Counted from the stretch's first letter, positions 1-10,530 are shown. The stretch: DNA of 64,000 nucleotides from Candidatus Parcubacteria bacterium (GCA_025999335.1 AP024681.1:227656-291655), one strand, 5' to 3'. The notes: generated by a model not told the origin, from the letters alone. Program-made: numbers and translations.

Positions 1-859
1 AATTTTTATCATTTTTAATATATTGCGACAATTCCATTGTCGCTGAAACATAACCAATAACTGCTTCAAACCAAACATAAAATCTTTTTTGCGAGATATT
101 TTTCAATAATAAATCCTTAGGTATATCTTTAACGGGTAATTTAACTCCCCAAAGAATATCTCTGGTAATATCCCTTGCTTTTAAGCCTTCTTTTAAAAAA
201 CCTAAAGATTCTCTTTTAACCCACTTTCGCCAATGATTGGCTTGTTGGATAAATTTTTTAAGCTCTGACTCAAATTGTCCTAAATCAAAAGCGTAATGTT
301 CTGTCTTGCGTAATTCAATAGCTTCTTTAGTTAATTTATCATAAGGATTGAGTAAATCTTGAGGCTCTAAAAGTCGTCCACAAACATCACATTGATCTGC
401 TCTTTGTTGTAAAGCTTGACAATATTTACATTGACCTTCAATATAACGATCAGGAAGAAATTTTTTCTTTGTTACAGAAAAAAATTGATAACTGTCTCGT
501 TTGAAAATATAGCCGTTCCTTAATAAGTTTATAAAAAAACGCTGAACATTTTTTTTATGAATTGTTGTAGTTGTTGAAGTGAAAATATCAAAACTAATAT
601 TATATTTTTTAATCAAACTTAAAATTTTAGGGTAATAGATAGCGATCAATTTTTCTGGAGTTATGCCTTTTTTTTCAGCTTCAATAGTTATAGGACTACC
701 GTGACAATCAGCCCCAGAAACCATAACTGTTTCATAACCTTTAAAACGACAATAACGAGCGAAAATATCAGCTGGCAACATATAACCAGCCAAATGACCT
801 ACGTGCAAAGCTCCGTTAACATAAGGCCAGGCAACGCCTATGAAAATTTTTTTTGCCAT
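1..859 (-). CDS. metG: Methionyl-tRNA synthetase, N-terminal part (gene continues beyond window start)
   Basis: My own translation of the minus strand from the ATG at 859 gives MAKKIFIGVAWPYVNGALHVGHLAGY... (class I HIGH motif PYVNGxLHVGH) and a CxxC...CxxC zinc knuckle (CKYCQ...CDVCG), as in MetRS. Not in the ORF track, presumably because it is truncated. Confidence 0.7.
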   Translation of the reverse strand, partial: MAKKIFIGVAWPYVNGALHVGHLAGYMLPADIFARYCRFKGYETVMVSGADCHGSPITIEAEKKGITPEKLIAIYYPKILSLIKKYNISFDIFTSTTTTIHKKNVQRFFINLLRNGYIFKRDSYQFFSVTKKKFLPDRYIEGQCKYCQALQQRADQCDVCGRLLEPQDLLNPYDKLTKEAIELRKTEHYAFDLGQFESELKKFIQQANHWRKWVKRESLGFLKEGLKARDITRDILWGVKLPVKDIPKDLLLKNISQKRFYVWFEAVIGYVSATMELSQYIKNDKN

Positions 860-863
860 AATA

Positions 864-2117
864 TTATTCAAGTCTTTTAATATAAGCGCCTATGTTTAAT
901 AATTTTTCTTCTATCTTTTCGTAGCCTCTATCTATTTTTTCAACATCATTAATAACTGTTTCGCCATAAGCATACAAAGCACCAATAAGCAAACTGATAC
1001 CTGAACGAATATCAAGCGAGCCAACTTCTTTACCAAAAAGAGGCGTTGGTCCAATAATAATAGCTCGATGAGGATCCAAAATTTCAACATTAGCGCCCAT
1101 AACTTTTAATTCATTAAGATAGCCAAAACGATTTTCATAAAGCCACTCGTGAATAAAAGACACGCCATAAGCTTGCGTCGCCATCACGCCAAAAGGTGGA
1201 TGAGCGTCACTAGGAAATTTGGGATGCAAACCTGTTTGAATTTTAGCGCCTTTTAAAAGAGAAGGCTTAAGAATAATATCTGTTTTTTTAAGAGAATAAT
1301 TAACGCCCATAGCCTTACAAACACTTAAAATAGCATCTAAAGACTCGTAATCATTGTTCTTTAAAATTAATTTATTTTTAATAACTGGCGTTAAGGCTAA
1401 AAAACTTGCTGTTTCTATATAATCAGGATTAACATAAAAAGAAACAAGTCTTTTTATTTTTTCTCCTTTAGATACTTCTAAAAAATGAGTTCCCGTACCT
1501 TTAATACGATAACCAGCTTTAATTAAAAATCTACATAAATGTTGTACGTGTGGCTCTAAAGACACTAATCGTAAAGAAATTTTTTTTGACGATAAACAGC
1601 TTGCCATAATTAATGTTTCTGTCGCTGTTACGCTTGCTTCTTTTAAAATAATAGTATCGTTTTGAAATTTTTTAAAACTGCCTAAAATCATATTACCCTT
1701 AACAGAAATCTTACAACCTAATTCTTGCAAACCTTCAAAATGAGCTTCCAAAGGACGAGCGCCAATAACATCGCCTCCAGGCAAATATGATTTAATCTTG
1801 CCGAAACGCACTAATAATGGACCTAAAAATAAAATAGAAGCCCTTAATTGTTTAACTTCATTAATAGTTAAAGGTCTATATTCAAGATTAGTTGTGTCTA
1901 TTATTAAAGTATTATCTTGAAATAAAGTTTCAGCTCCTAAATATTGCATTATTTTAAGCATCACTTCAACATCCTTAATTCGCGGAACATTTTTAAAAAT
2001 TACTTTACCTTTAACTAATATAGAAGCAGGAATTAAAGCTAAAATAGTATTTTTAGAACCACTAATATAAATTTCTCCGTTTAATTTTCTATGTCCTTTT
2101 ACTAAAAATTTAGCCAT
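864..2117 (-). CDS. murA: UDP-N-acetylglucosamine 1-carboxyvinyltransferase
   Basis: 417 aa. N-terminus KLNGEIYISGSKNTILALIPASIL and overall length are typical of MurA; adjacent to mraY. Confidence 0.8.
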   Translation of the reverse strand: MAKFLVKGHRKLNGEIYISGSKNTILALIPASILVKGKVIFKNVPRIKDVEVMLKIMQYLGAETLFQDNTLIIDTTNLEYRPLTINEVKQLRASILFLGPLLVRFGKIKSYLPGGDVIGARPLEAHFEGLQELGCKISVKGNMILGSFKKFQNDTIILKEASVTATETLIMASCLSSKKISLRLVSLEPHVQHLCRFLIKAGYRIKGTGTHFLEVSKGEKIKRLVSFYVNPDYIETASFLALTPVIKNKLILKNNDYESLDAILSVCKAMGVNYSLKKTDIILKPSLLKGAKIQTGLHPKFPSDAHPPFGVMATQAYGVSFIHEWLYENRFGYLNELKVMGANVEILDPHRAIIIGPTPLFGKEVGSLDIRSGISLLIGALYAYGETVINDVEKIDRGYEKIEEKLLNIGAYIKRLE

Positions 2118-2125
2118 AATTTAAT

Positions 2126-3157
2126 TTAAATTAACTTCATAAAAATATAAACAATAATTGCCAAAGATACGCCTATAGCGTTAACAATCCAAAGACGAAA
2201 AGTAATCAAGGCTTCATTCCAACCTTTAAATTTTAAATGATGATGAAGAGGCGCTATATGAAAAATTTTTCGATTAAAAAATTTTTTTGAACTAACTTGT
2301 AAAATAACTGATAAAGCTTCAATAACAAATACTAAACCAAAAAGAGGCAACAGTAAAATACTATTAGTAAAGAAACTCATAATAGCAATAACGCTACCAA
2401 TAGCAAAAGATCCAGTATTACCATCAAAAAATTTAGCTGGATAGAAATTAAACCATAAGTAAGCTATAATTGATCCTAATAAAGAAGCTCCAAAGGATGA
2501 TAAATTATAATCACCATTAATAAAAGCAAAGACAACGAGAGTTAAAATAATCATAAAACTTAAACCACCCAACAAACCATCGACGCCGTCAGTAATGTCA
2601 ACTGATAAAACCGTAGCTAAAAAAACAAAAATAAAGAAAAATAAAAAAGCCACGGTACCTACAAGAAAACGGTAATCAACAAAATCAATAAAATTAAAAT
2701 TTAATTTTGACACAAACCACCAAGCAAACAATAAAGCAATACTAAAATAAACTATTAAAATATCTCTTTTTTTTAAGCCAAATTGATTAACATGCCTAGC
2801 TATATCATCTAATAAACCAAAAAAACCTCCTAAAAATAGAGCCGCTAAAGGTAAATATGTTTCTCGTCGATCAAGAAAATTTAAAAAAGCAAAAAAAGAA
2901 ATATATTGAGATAAATAATAAAATGTAAAAGCTAAAATAATTGTTGGCAACCAAAGCAAAACACCTCCCATAGTCGGCGTACCTTCTTTTTCTTTGTTAA
3001 TCTGATTAAAAATTACTGTCTTTGCTTTAGATTTATTCACTAAATTAAATTTTAATGCTATTTTTAAATACAAAGGTACAAACTTTAAAGTCGTTAAAAA
3101 TGAAATTAACGCTAAAAAAAATAATTTAATAATATTTAAAGCAATATTAGTTTCCAT
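2126..3157 (-). CDS. mraY: Phospho-N-acetylmuramoyl-pentapeptide transferase
   Basis: 343-aa polytopic membrane protein with LLDDIARH and APLHHHLKFKGWNE (MraY HHH motif). Confidence 0.8.
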   Translation of the reverse strand: METNIALNIIKLFFLALISFLTTLKFVPLYLKIALKFNLVNKSKAKTVIFNQINKEKEGTPTMGGVLLWLPTIILAFTFYYLSQYISFFAFLNFLDRRETYLPLAALFLGGFFGLLDDIARHVNQFGLKKRDILIVYFSIALLFAWWFVSKLNFNFIDFVDYRFLVGTVAFLFFFIFVFLATVLSVDITDGVDGLLGGLSFMIILTLVVFAFINGDYNLSSFGASLLGSIIAYLWFNFYPAKFFDGNTGSFAIGSVIAIMSFFTNSILLLPLFGLVFVIEALSVILQVSSKKFFNRKIFHIAPLHHHLKFKGWNEALITFRLWIVNAIGVSLAIIVYIFMKLI

Positions 3158-4046
3158 AATAATTTTTCAAAGCATTAATTAAATATTCAAAATCTTGAAA
3201 ACGATTATCGGAATCTAAAATAACCACAGCTAAAAATGGAGAATTGGCAAATTTAACCAAAGCTACTAAACACTCATTAGCAGAAGGAGTAAATCCTGTC
3301 TTTGAGCCAATAATAATATTTTTATATTTAGGCAACAAAATATTAGTTGTCCAAACTCTTTTATTATTAATAACCACAAATTCAAAATTACTTAAAGATA
3401 AAACATCGGGTCTTGAGGTGTATATTTTTTCAAGCAACAAAGATAAATCATAAGCTGTTGACAGATTATTGCCAACACCGGTCACATCCGTAAAAGAAGT
3501 ATTCAACATATTAAATTCTTTGGCTGTTTTGTTCATCAAAGCGATAAAATCATTAAGTCCATAAGTTTTTGCTAAAAGATAAATCGCATCATTGCTCGAA
3601 CCTACAAGAGAAACTTTAAAAATATCATTACGACTTATGCGTTCACCAACAACAAAATTGCCTATAGTGCCTAACTGATCAATGGATTCTTGGTCAAAAG
3701 TAAATATATCAGACTCTTTGAAAAGATTAAAACCTAAATAAACGCTCATTAATTTAGTGATTGAAGCAATATTCTTTTTAACAAAAATATTTTTGCTTAA
3801 TAAAGTATCACCGTTTAATTCTCTTACTAAAAAAGCTTTAGCTTTTATTGAATTAACATCAATATTCAAAGAATTAACATTATCGCTGACTTTAGAATTG
3901 TTATTTGATTTATTAACAACACTATTAAGATTAGTTAAATCAACAATAAAATTTTGACGCGCATTAGCTACGAACGAACCACCGCTATTAGGCGTAGAAA
4001 AATTAAATATATTTAATAAACTTAAGACCAATAAAATAAAAATCAT
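3147..4046 (-). CDS. D-alanyl-D-alanine carboxypeptidase (low-MW PBP, S11-like)
   Basis: N-terminal TM; SxxK (ASITK), SxN (SSND) and KTG (GSKTGFT) motifs in the correct order. Confidence 0.65.
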   Translation of the reverse strand: MIFILLVLSLLNIFNFSTPNSGGSFVANARQNFIVDLTNLNSVVNKSNNNSKVSDNVNSLNIDVNSIKAKAFLVRELNGDTLLSKNIFVKKNIASITKLMSVYLGFNLFKESDIFTFDQESIDQLGTIGNFVVGERISRNDIFKVSLVGSSNDAIYLLAKTYGLNDFIALMNKTAKEFNMLNTSFTDVTGVGNNLSTAYDLSLLLEKIYTSRPDVLSLSNFEFVVINNKRVWTTNILLPKYKNIIIGSKTGFTPSANECLVALVKFANSPFLAVVILDSDNRFQDFEYLINALKNYYGN

Positions 4047-4163
4047 TAATAAGCTAAAATTTTATAATTACAATATAATTTTAACAAATTTTAATTTTAG
4101 GCAAATCTAAAATATGTACTTTTGTTAAGCATCAATAAACAAATTTTTATAACTAATCAGTAA

Positions 4164-4439
4164 TTAACGATTTGGAGTGTTAACTTTTAAAGCAATAGAA
4201 GCTCCCACGGAACCGCCTATGCTTTTAGCTATTTTTCTAACGGCATTAATAGTGGAGCCTTTTTTGCCAATAATCAGACTAAGAATATCTTTAGGTCCAG
4301 TAATTTCAATAAGAACTCCTCTTTCGTCAATATTGGACTTAAACTCTAATTGCTCGACCTTACTTTTATCGACCCACAAAGAAAATAATGTCCTTATTCT
4401 TTCTTCAATATCTTTTAATTTATCTGCCATTGAAAACAA
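4164..4439 (-). CDS. KH-domain RNA-binding protein (KhpA/YlqC-like)
   Basis: About 90 aa with a GKKGSTINAVRKIAKSIGG KH-type GxxG loop. Confidence 0.5.
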   Translation of the reverse strand: MFSMADKLKDIEERIRTLFSLWVDKSKVEQLEFKSNIDERGVLIEITGPKDILSLIIGKKGSTINAVRKIAKSIGGSVGASIALKVNTPNR

Positions 4440-4538
4440 TAAAAGATTAATTTAATAATTCGACATTTAATGCAAATTTATTATTAATATTTTATCAAAT
4501 TTTTTTAATTTTGATTAATTTAATTAAACCTAATAAAG

Positions 4539-4612
4539 AGCCAGGGACGGGATTTGAACCCGTGACCTCCGCATTACCAGAGCGGTGCTCTAACCAACTG
4601 AGCTACCCTGGC
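4539..4612 (-). tRNA. tRNA-Thr (anticodon GGT)
   Basis: Reverse complement reads GCCAGGGTAGCTCAGTTGGTTAGAGC...CTGGTAA...GGTTCAAATCCCGTCCCTGGCT: a cloverleaf with a 7-bp acceptor stem, T-loop TTCAAAT, and anticodon loop CTGGTAA. Confidence 0.75.
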
Positions 4613-4664
4613 ATAATAATGAAATTTTACAGAATCCATTGTTAAATTTTAACTTAAAAAATAG

Positions 4665-6815
4665 CTATTCATTACGAGTGCGGTAAATATTATAACCATT
4701 ATCTTCCTTAGAAATAAAATAAACATTGCCTTGATTATAGGCAAGAGAAAGTATGTTTGCATTCTCTCCTTTTGGTGTTGTTGCTATTAACCTTCCTAAT
4801 GGTCCAAATTGAATTTCATGTTTTATTAATTGTTTGTTACGTTTATTAAATAAATTGACGTTTATCTTGTTAGAAGAACTTAATTTAGCAACCTTAAGAA
4901 TTTCTATATTATCAATGGTTTTAATATTATTATCAAAAGTTATTATATGCGAAGACGCTGATGAACTGCTATTATTAATATACATTGCTACTGGACTACC
5001 GCTAGTTGCTTTTGCTAAAAAAGCATAAGCAGATCCTTCTGGGCTAAAAAATATTTTTTCAGATACTTTATAAAATTCATTCTCTTGAATCTCGCCATCA
5101 ATCTTGCCAATGCCGACAGTTGATTTTTTTTCAGATAAATTAGAGCCAATAAAACCAAAGTAATCTCCTCTTAACTCTAAAAAACTAACTAAATCATAAG
5201 GACCAAAAGATATTTCTGGATTCGCCATTGAACTTGTAGCAATTATGTTAACATAAGTTTTAAAATCATCGTCTATGCTAGAATACAAATAAGGACCAGA
5301 TGAAGTTACATTAGGCGTTAAAACATTACTAATAGCTTTGTAAGGTCCGTATTCATTATAAGGAGTAATTAAATATTGATCATCATCTTTAAAGCCAATT
5401 AAATAATTAGAATAATTAATAACTAAATTATAATAACCAAAAACTCTCTGCTCGTTTAAGAAAGCAACATAATATCTATTATTGATAACATAAATTAAAT
5501 AATCAGGATTAAAATTGTAATTAAAGAGTATATCAAAAGGACCATAGACATTTGGGATATCACTTTCCTGTAAAATATCTATAGGAATTACTGTTAAAGT
5601 GCCAGCGCTAACCGCCGAAATGTGAATATTACTTGAACTTGCATTAACAAAATCAGAAACCCTACCAAAACTAATTAATGTCTTATTATCAACATTAAAA
5701 ATAAAAGCGTATTTTTCACCATCTTGAGAAAATCTAAGATCATAAACAAAACCGTTTACTGGAACTTCTTTATTATTAATATTAATAAAATATCGCGTCC
5801 TTCCATCGTCAGTTTTTTTAGTTGCAATAAAACCAAAAGTTGAAGTTGTATAACTTTCAGAAAAAACAAACTTTTCTATTTTATCATAAGGACCTTTAGT
5901 ATAACCATTAACATAAATATACATTTCTCTTTTAGAAGGAGTTGAACTAAGATAAGTAAAAGCAAAATTATTATTAGGAGCAAAATAGATATTGTCAACT
6001 CTTGATAAATTGTCAAATGTTAACAAAGACCCGAGGCTTAACGATGACGATGATTTTAAAAGAAAACTTTTTCCATCATTTTTAATTCCACTTACCACAT
6101 AACCTCTACTATAAGGATCAAAAATAATTCTATCAATAGTTTGTATGGAACCACTAATAGATGATAAATTTACCTCTTCTCTATTAATATATAATTTACC
6201 ATCAGCATAAAAAGCATAACTATCGCCATTTTTTTCTAAAATAGGCCTTGAAACCTTTTTAAAAGGACCTAATCTTTGATTTTTATTATAAACATATAAA
6301 TCTTTACTTCGATTACGTTTAACTAAAACTGCTATAAAATCACTGCCATCATCAGTTAAATCAAAGCTTCTAACCGTTATTGAAGAAGTATTAATAACTT
6401 CATCGCTACTAGTAGAAAAGAAAAATATAGTTACTAGATTTCCCTTTTTGCCTATAAAACCATAACTCGTATTATTTTTAGAAATTTTAGGTCCATCTAA
6501 TTGATTATAATCAGACCAACTATCGCATGACGATTCTGACGATTCTAACGATTCTTTGGTAATAATTAAAAATTTTTTATTATTGCTTTGTTTAAAAATT
6601 GCCACGGCTCTATTAGTATTAGAGGCAATGGTAAATAATTCTATTCTGCCTTTAAGATTATCTATAGAACAAACCAAAGGGAAATTCTCGGGACCTCCAA
6701 CTGCTTTAACTATTTTTATGGTTTTTAAAAAAAATATATCAATAAAAATTAAAAAGATTAACAATAAAAAGGTTAGACAATAAATAAATAGAATTTTATT
6801 TCTAAAATCATTCAT
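4665..6815 (-). CDS. Membrane-anchored repeat protein (possible beta-propeller), unknown function
   Basis: 716 aa. N-terminal TM (ILFIYCLTFLLLIFLIFIDIFFL), then many degenerate repeats containing GP(Y/F) and Y..N..G motifs. No catalytic motif recognised. Confidence 0.3.
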   Translation of the reverse strand: MNDFRNKILFIYCLTFLLLIFLIFIDIFFLKTIKIVKAVGGPENFPLVCSIDNLKGRIELFTIASNTNRAVAIFKQSNNKKFLIITKESLESSESSCDSWSDYNQLDGPKISKNNTSYGFIGKKGNLVTIFFFSTSSDEVINTSSITVRSFDLTDDGSDFIAVLVKRNRSKDLYVYNKNQRLGPFKKVSRPILEKNGDSYAFYADGKLYINREEVNLSSISGSIQTIDRIIFDPYSRGYVVSGIKNDGKSFLLKSSSSLSLGSLLTFDNLSRVDNIYFAPNNNFAFTYLSSTPSKREMYIYVNGYTKGPYDKIEKFVFSESYTTSTFGFIATKKTDDGRTRYFININNKEVPVNGFVYDLRFSQDGEKYAFIFNVDNKTLISFGRVSDFVNASSSNIHISAVSAGTLTVIPIDILQESDIPNVYGPFDILFNYNFNPDYLIYVINNRYYVAFLNEQRVFGYYNLVINYSNYLIGFKDDDQYLITPYNEYGPYKAISNVLTPNVTSSGPYLYSSIDDDFKTYVNIIATSSMANPEISFGPYDLVSFLELRGDYFGFIGSNLSEKKSTVGIGKIDGEIQENEFYKVSEKIFFSPEGSAYAFLAKATSGSPVAMYINNSSSSASSHIITFDNNIKTIDNIEILKVAKLSSSNKINVNLFNKRNKQLIKHEIQFGPLGRLIATTPKGENANILSLAYNQGNVYFISKEDNGYNIYRTRNE

Positions 6816-6827
6816 ACTATTATCTTA

Positions 6828-7994
6828 TCACAAAAAGAAATTTTTAAAAAATCCGGTTAAACGACTTATAAAACTTTTTCGCGGCATATTATGCTCAAAA
6901 AAATAAGCTAAACCTAAAGAATTAAGGTATATCAATTCATCTTTGTTTAAAATATTATAAATATCTGAATTTTTTTTAACTAAATAGCCTGAATATTTCT
7001 TTAGAACTGTTTCAATTTCAGGAATAAAAGCTCCGCCGCCTATTAAATAAATTCCACTAGGTAAACGATAATTTTCTTTTAATTTCAAAAAAAGCTGCGA
7101 TAAATTATATTTTTTCCAATAAAAGAAAAATTTTTTTTCTAAAATTTTAGCAAAACTATGATAATTAAATCTTTCCTTGCCAAGTTTATTGCCTATTTTT
7201 TGTTTTTTATCTTTGTAATTAATAATATTCGCCATAAATTCAAAAACTTGCTTAACTTCTACGCCTAAATCAATAGCTAAATCTTCAATCAAATTACCCA
7301 AACCGAATTCAATATTTTGATAAAAATTTAATTTACCATCAACAAAAACACTTACATTAAATAAACGATAACCAAAATCAACAACAATCACTCCTAATTC
7401 TTTATCTTTTTTAGGAAACAAAACATAAGACGAAGCAATGGGATTGGGTAAAATGCAATCAATATCAATGTCGTTTTTAGCAAAAAAATCTTTAATTTTA
7501 TTAAGCGAAGCTTTTAAAGCTTGAATAATGCAAAAATCAATTTCTAAAGTCCGAGCTTCCGCGCCTAAAGGATCTCTAATTTTTGCTGGCGAACCATCCA
7601 AATAATAGCTTATAGCTTCTTCGTATAAAGTTTCATAATTACCAGAAGCTAAAGAAGCTTTAGCAATTAAAAAACATTTTTTTATATCACCTTCGCTAAC
7701 ATATTTTTCAGAAACAGCTACCTTGCTTTTAGTCCGATGAAAAGAAAAATAAGAAGCATTGTAGGAAAGAATAATATTTTTCAAAGAAATATCTAATTGC
7801 TCAGCTATTTCTTTAAGCGGAATTATTACTTCTTCAAGAAAATTATTTTCATCTATAATTTCTCCATTAGAAAATGATTCAATATTTTTATTTAATTTTG
7901 TTAAAATATTAATCTGACCATTTTCATCTTCTTCAATAACAAGCAATTTTAATGTCTGATTGCCTAAATCTAAAGAAAAAATTTTATCTTTCAT
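6828..7994 (-). CDS. ftsA: Cell division protein FtsA (actin-like ATPase)
   Basis: N-terminal SLDLGNQTLKLLVIEE; central GVIVVDFGYRLFNVSVFVDGKL...GLGNLIEDLA matches the FtsA phosphate-2/adenosine region; C-terminal amphipathic tail FISRLTGFFKNFFL resembles the FtsA membrane-targeting helix. PilM is the alternative. Confidence 0.55.
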   Translation of the reverse strand: MKDKIFSLDLGNQTLKLLVIEEDENGQINILTKLNKNIESFSNGEIIDENNFLEEVIIPLKEIAEQLDISLKNIILSYNASYFSFHRTKSKVAVSEKYVSEGDIKKCFLIAKASLASGNYETLYEEAISYYLDGSPAKIRDPLGAEARTLEIDFCIIQALKASLNKIKDFFAKNDIDIDCILPNPIASSYVLFPKKDKELGVIVVDFGYRLFNVSVFVDGKLNFYQNIEFGLGNLIEDLAIDLGVEVKQVFEFMANIINYKDKKQKIGNKLGKERFNYHSFAKILEKKFFFYWKKYNLSQLFLKLKENYRLPSGIYLIGGGAFIPEIETVLKKYSGYLVKKNSDIYNILNKDELIYLNSLGLAYFFEHNMPRKSFISRLTGFFKNFFL

Positions 7995-8272
7995 AGTTCC
8001 TTGCCTGGATACTGAATCTCGCTAATATACCTTCTACCCAATTTATATGCTTTTTCAAAGGGCCAACCTTCTTTCATCTTTTTTTTAATAAAGTACTGGA
8101 GTTTTAACTTATATAGTTTATTTTCTTTTTTAGCCCGTTCATTAGGTTTTTTCAAACGATACATTTTCGACTTTACTTCAAGAACCACGCCGCTTTTATT
8201 AAAACGCGTCAAAAATCTCTTTAACAATTGAGATTTTGATTCACCGCTTTTTCTTCTAACCTTAACTTTCAT
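7991..8272 (-). CDS. rpsU: 30S ribosomal protein S21
   Basis: 93-aa basic protein, MKVKVRRKSGESKSQLLKRFLTRFNKSGVVLEVKSKMYRLKKP..., S21-like. Confidence 0.65.
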   Translation of the reverse strand: MKVKVRRKSGESKSQLLKRFLTRFNKSGVVLEVKSKMYRLKKPNERAKKENKLYKLKLQYFIKKKMKEGWPFEKAYKLGRRYISEIQYPGKEL

Positions 8273-8673
8273 TTTTTAATTAAATTAAAAATTTCTTCTA
8301 CCGACTCTTGCGGAGGATTATAAACAACTGAATGAATTGATCCTCCTTTATCATTGGGAAAACGTGGAATAATATGAAAATGAAAATGTTTAATTGTCTG
8401 TCCAGCTATCTCGCCTTGATTAACACCAAAAGTAAAACTATTGGTTTGCAGTTTCTTGCTGAGCAAATTAACACACTGCTTAACAAAGGATATAAATTCA
8501 TTGCCCAAAGCTTCGCTTAAGTCAAAAAAATTTTCATAATGATTCTTAGGAATAACAACGCTATGTCCAGGCGCATGGGGATGAATATCTAAAAAAGCAA
8601 TAAAATTGTCTGACTCATCAATAATAAAAGCTGGGATTTCTTTTTTGCTTATTTTACAAAAAATACAATTCAT
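8269..8673 (-). CDS. HIT-family nucleotide hydrolase (Hint-like)
   Basis: Histidine triad HFHFHIIPR; 134 aa. Confidence 0.7.
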   Translation of the reverse strand: MNCIFCKISKKEIPAFIIDESDNFIAFLDIHPHAPGHSVVIPKNHYENFFDLSEALGNEFISFVKQCVNLLSKKLQTNSFTFGVNQGEIAGQTIKHFHFHIIPRFPNDKGGSIHSVVYNPPQESVEEIFNLIKK

Positions 8674-8684
8674 AATATTTTTGC

Positions 8685-9950
8685 TTATTTATATTTAATG
8701 ATTTTTTTTAATTCCAAGGGTAAATTTTTTAATTTCAAAACTTCTTGCGTTCCGTGCTCCATTTCTTTTAAAATAATCGATTCTCGGCTTAATTCCTGAA
8801 ACCCTAAGATTAAAGAATATTTTAAACCATTTTTATTAGCAAATTCAAGTTGACTGGCTAAACTGCTTTTAAAAAAATTTGCCAAAGGATTAAAACCGTG
8901 CGCTTGCAAATCTAAATATATTTCAAAAGCTTTAGGTCTAATCTCTTCACCGGTAAAAGCTACAAATATCTTTGGTTTTTCAAATTTATATTTGAAATCA
9001 ATATTATCTAAAACTATTTTTAGTCTTTCTAAGCCAACAGCGCCACCAACAGATGGTAAAGATATATTACCAATCACTGGTCCTAAATCATAACGACCGC
9101 CACTAGCTATAGCAAAATCAAATTGTTCAACAAAAATCTCAAAAACAGTTCGAGAATAATAATCAAAACCACGCACTAAAGTTTTATCAAGCTCATAATC
9201 AATATGAAAATACTCAAATAATTCTAAAACTTTTTGAAAATGTAACTTGCAAAATTTACAGAGAAAGTCTAAAATATTCGGAGCATTTTGTTTATAAACA
9301 AGGTCTTTTTCATTTTTGCAATCTAATAAACGCAAAGGGTTTAATTTAAAACGTCTTTGACAATCTGAACAAATTTTATTTTTTAATGGCCTATAGTAGC
9401 TAAGTAAATTTTTTCGGAATTTTTTGCTGCATTTCGCACAACCTAAACTATTCAATTTAATTTTTATACCATTTATTTTCACTTTTTTAAAAAAACTCAT
9501 AATAGTAAAGATAATATAAAAATCAGCGAAAGGATCTTCAGAGTTTAATATTTCTAAACCCCACTGACGATGCTCTCTTAATCGACCATGCTGAGGCCTT
9601 TCCCGTCGATACATTGTTCCAAGATAAAACAAAGATACCGGCTGCGGCAAACTATTCATCCCATTTTCAAAATAAGCTCTAACGATAGAAGCTGTATTTT
9701 CAGGCCTTAAAACAAAATAATCGCCACTATCTTTATTTTTTAAATAAAACATTTCCTTTTCAATAACATCAGAAGTTGTTCCTAAACTGGCAGTAAAAGT
9801 TTTTACATTTTCAACTAAAGGAGTTTCAATATAATTAAAATTATGCAAAAGAGAAAAGTCAGCTAATAAATTTCTAATAAATAAATAAAACTTTGCTTCT
9901 TCGCCAAAAATATCTTTCATTCCCCGAGGTTTTTGTACTTTTAATTTCAT
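8685..9950 (-). CDS. hisS: Histidyl-tRNA synthetase
   Basis: 421 aa with class II aaRS motifs (FYLGTMYRRERPQHGRLREH; GGRYD...GGAVGLERL). Confidence 0.75.
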   Translation of the reverse strand: MKLKVQKPRGMKDIFGEEAKFYLFIRNLLADFSLLHNFNYIETPLVENVKTFTASLGTTSDVIEKEMFYLKNKDSGDYFVLRPENTASIVRAYFENGMNSLPQPVSLFYLGTMYRRERPQHGRLREHRQWGLEILNSEDPFADFYIIFTIMSFFKKVKINGIKIKLNSLGCAKCSKKFRKNLLSYYRPLKNKICSDCQRRFKLNPLRLLDCKNEKDLVYKQNAPNILDFLCKFCKLHFQKVLELFEYFHIDYELDKTLVRGFDYYSRTVFEIFVEQFDFAIASGGRYDLGPVIGNISLPSVGGAVGLERLKIVLDNIDFKYKFEKPKIFVAFTGEEIRPKAFEIYLDLQAHGFNPLANFFKSSLASQLEFANKNGLKYSLILGFQELSRESIILKEMEHGTQEVLKLKNLPLELKKIIKYK

Positions 9951-9999
9951 AATTTAAAAAAATAATTAATTACGAAGACGCTTGAAATTAATAATTAAT

Positions 10000-10530
10000 T
10001 TAAAACCGTAAGGCTCGTGCTAATTTAACAAAAGATAACTGCAGTAAAACTTTGCCAACAATATTTTTTTTGCTAATAGTGCCCCAACTTCGTGAATCAT
10101 AACTAACTTCCCGATTATCTCCTAAAACAAAATATTCATCTTCGCCTAAAGTAATATTTTTATAACCAGCCGTGTAATGATTTTGTAAGTAATCTTCTTT
10201 AAGAACAAAACCTAAGGGATTTTCTTCATTATAAACAATAATTTTATCATTATTAATCACAATTCTTTCTTTAGGCAATCCGATTAATCTTTTAATATAA
10301 TAAATATTTCTATCAAAAGGAGGGTGAAAAACAATAATATCGCCTCTTTTTGGTTCTTGAAGGCGATAAGAAAATTTATCAATAATTAAATAATCAAAAT
10401 TATGAAAATTAGGTTCCATACTCTCCCCTTGCACCAAAAAAGGTTCTAATAAAAACATACGGATAGGCAAAATAACTAAAACAAATAATAATATTAACTC
10501 AATAATATTAAATATCCATTCTTTTTTCAT
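10000..10530 (-). CDS. lepB: Signal peptidase I
   Basis: N-terminal TM; GESMEPNF (catalytic Ser box), KRLIGLPKE, GDNREVSYDSRSWG. Confidence 0.8.
   Translation of the reverse strand: MKKEWIFNIIELILLFVLVILPIRMFLLEPFLVQGESMEPNFHNFDYLIIDKFSYRLQEPKRGDIIVFHPPFDRNIYYIKRLIGLPKERIVINNDKIIVYNEENPLGFVLKEDYLQNHYTAGYKNITLGEDEYFVLGDNREVSYDSRSWGTISKKNIVGKVLLQLSFVKLARALRF

Noticed and set aside
3244-3453. Plus-strand 69-aa ORF inside the minus-strand DD-carboxypeptidase gene, and similar antisense ORFs at 3757..3957, 4177..4455, 4834..5028, 6556..6783, 16269..16484, 16962..17207, 17394..17576, 18634..18834, 33963..34226, 35958..36143, 37461..37664, 43148..43629, 45262..45486, 48004..48210, 51378..51572, 53941..54150, 57602..57922, 58028..58399, 60561..60821, 61523..61720
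   Set aside because: All lie fully inside well-supported genes on the opposite strand. They have low-complexity or odd composition and no motifs, as expected for chance ORFs in an AT-rich genome.
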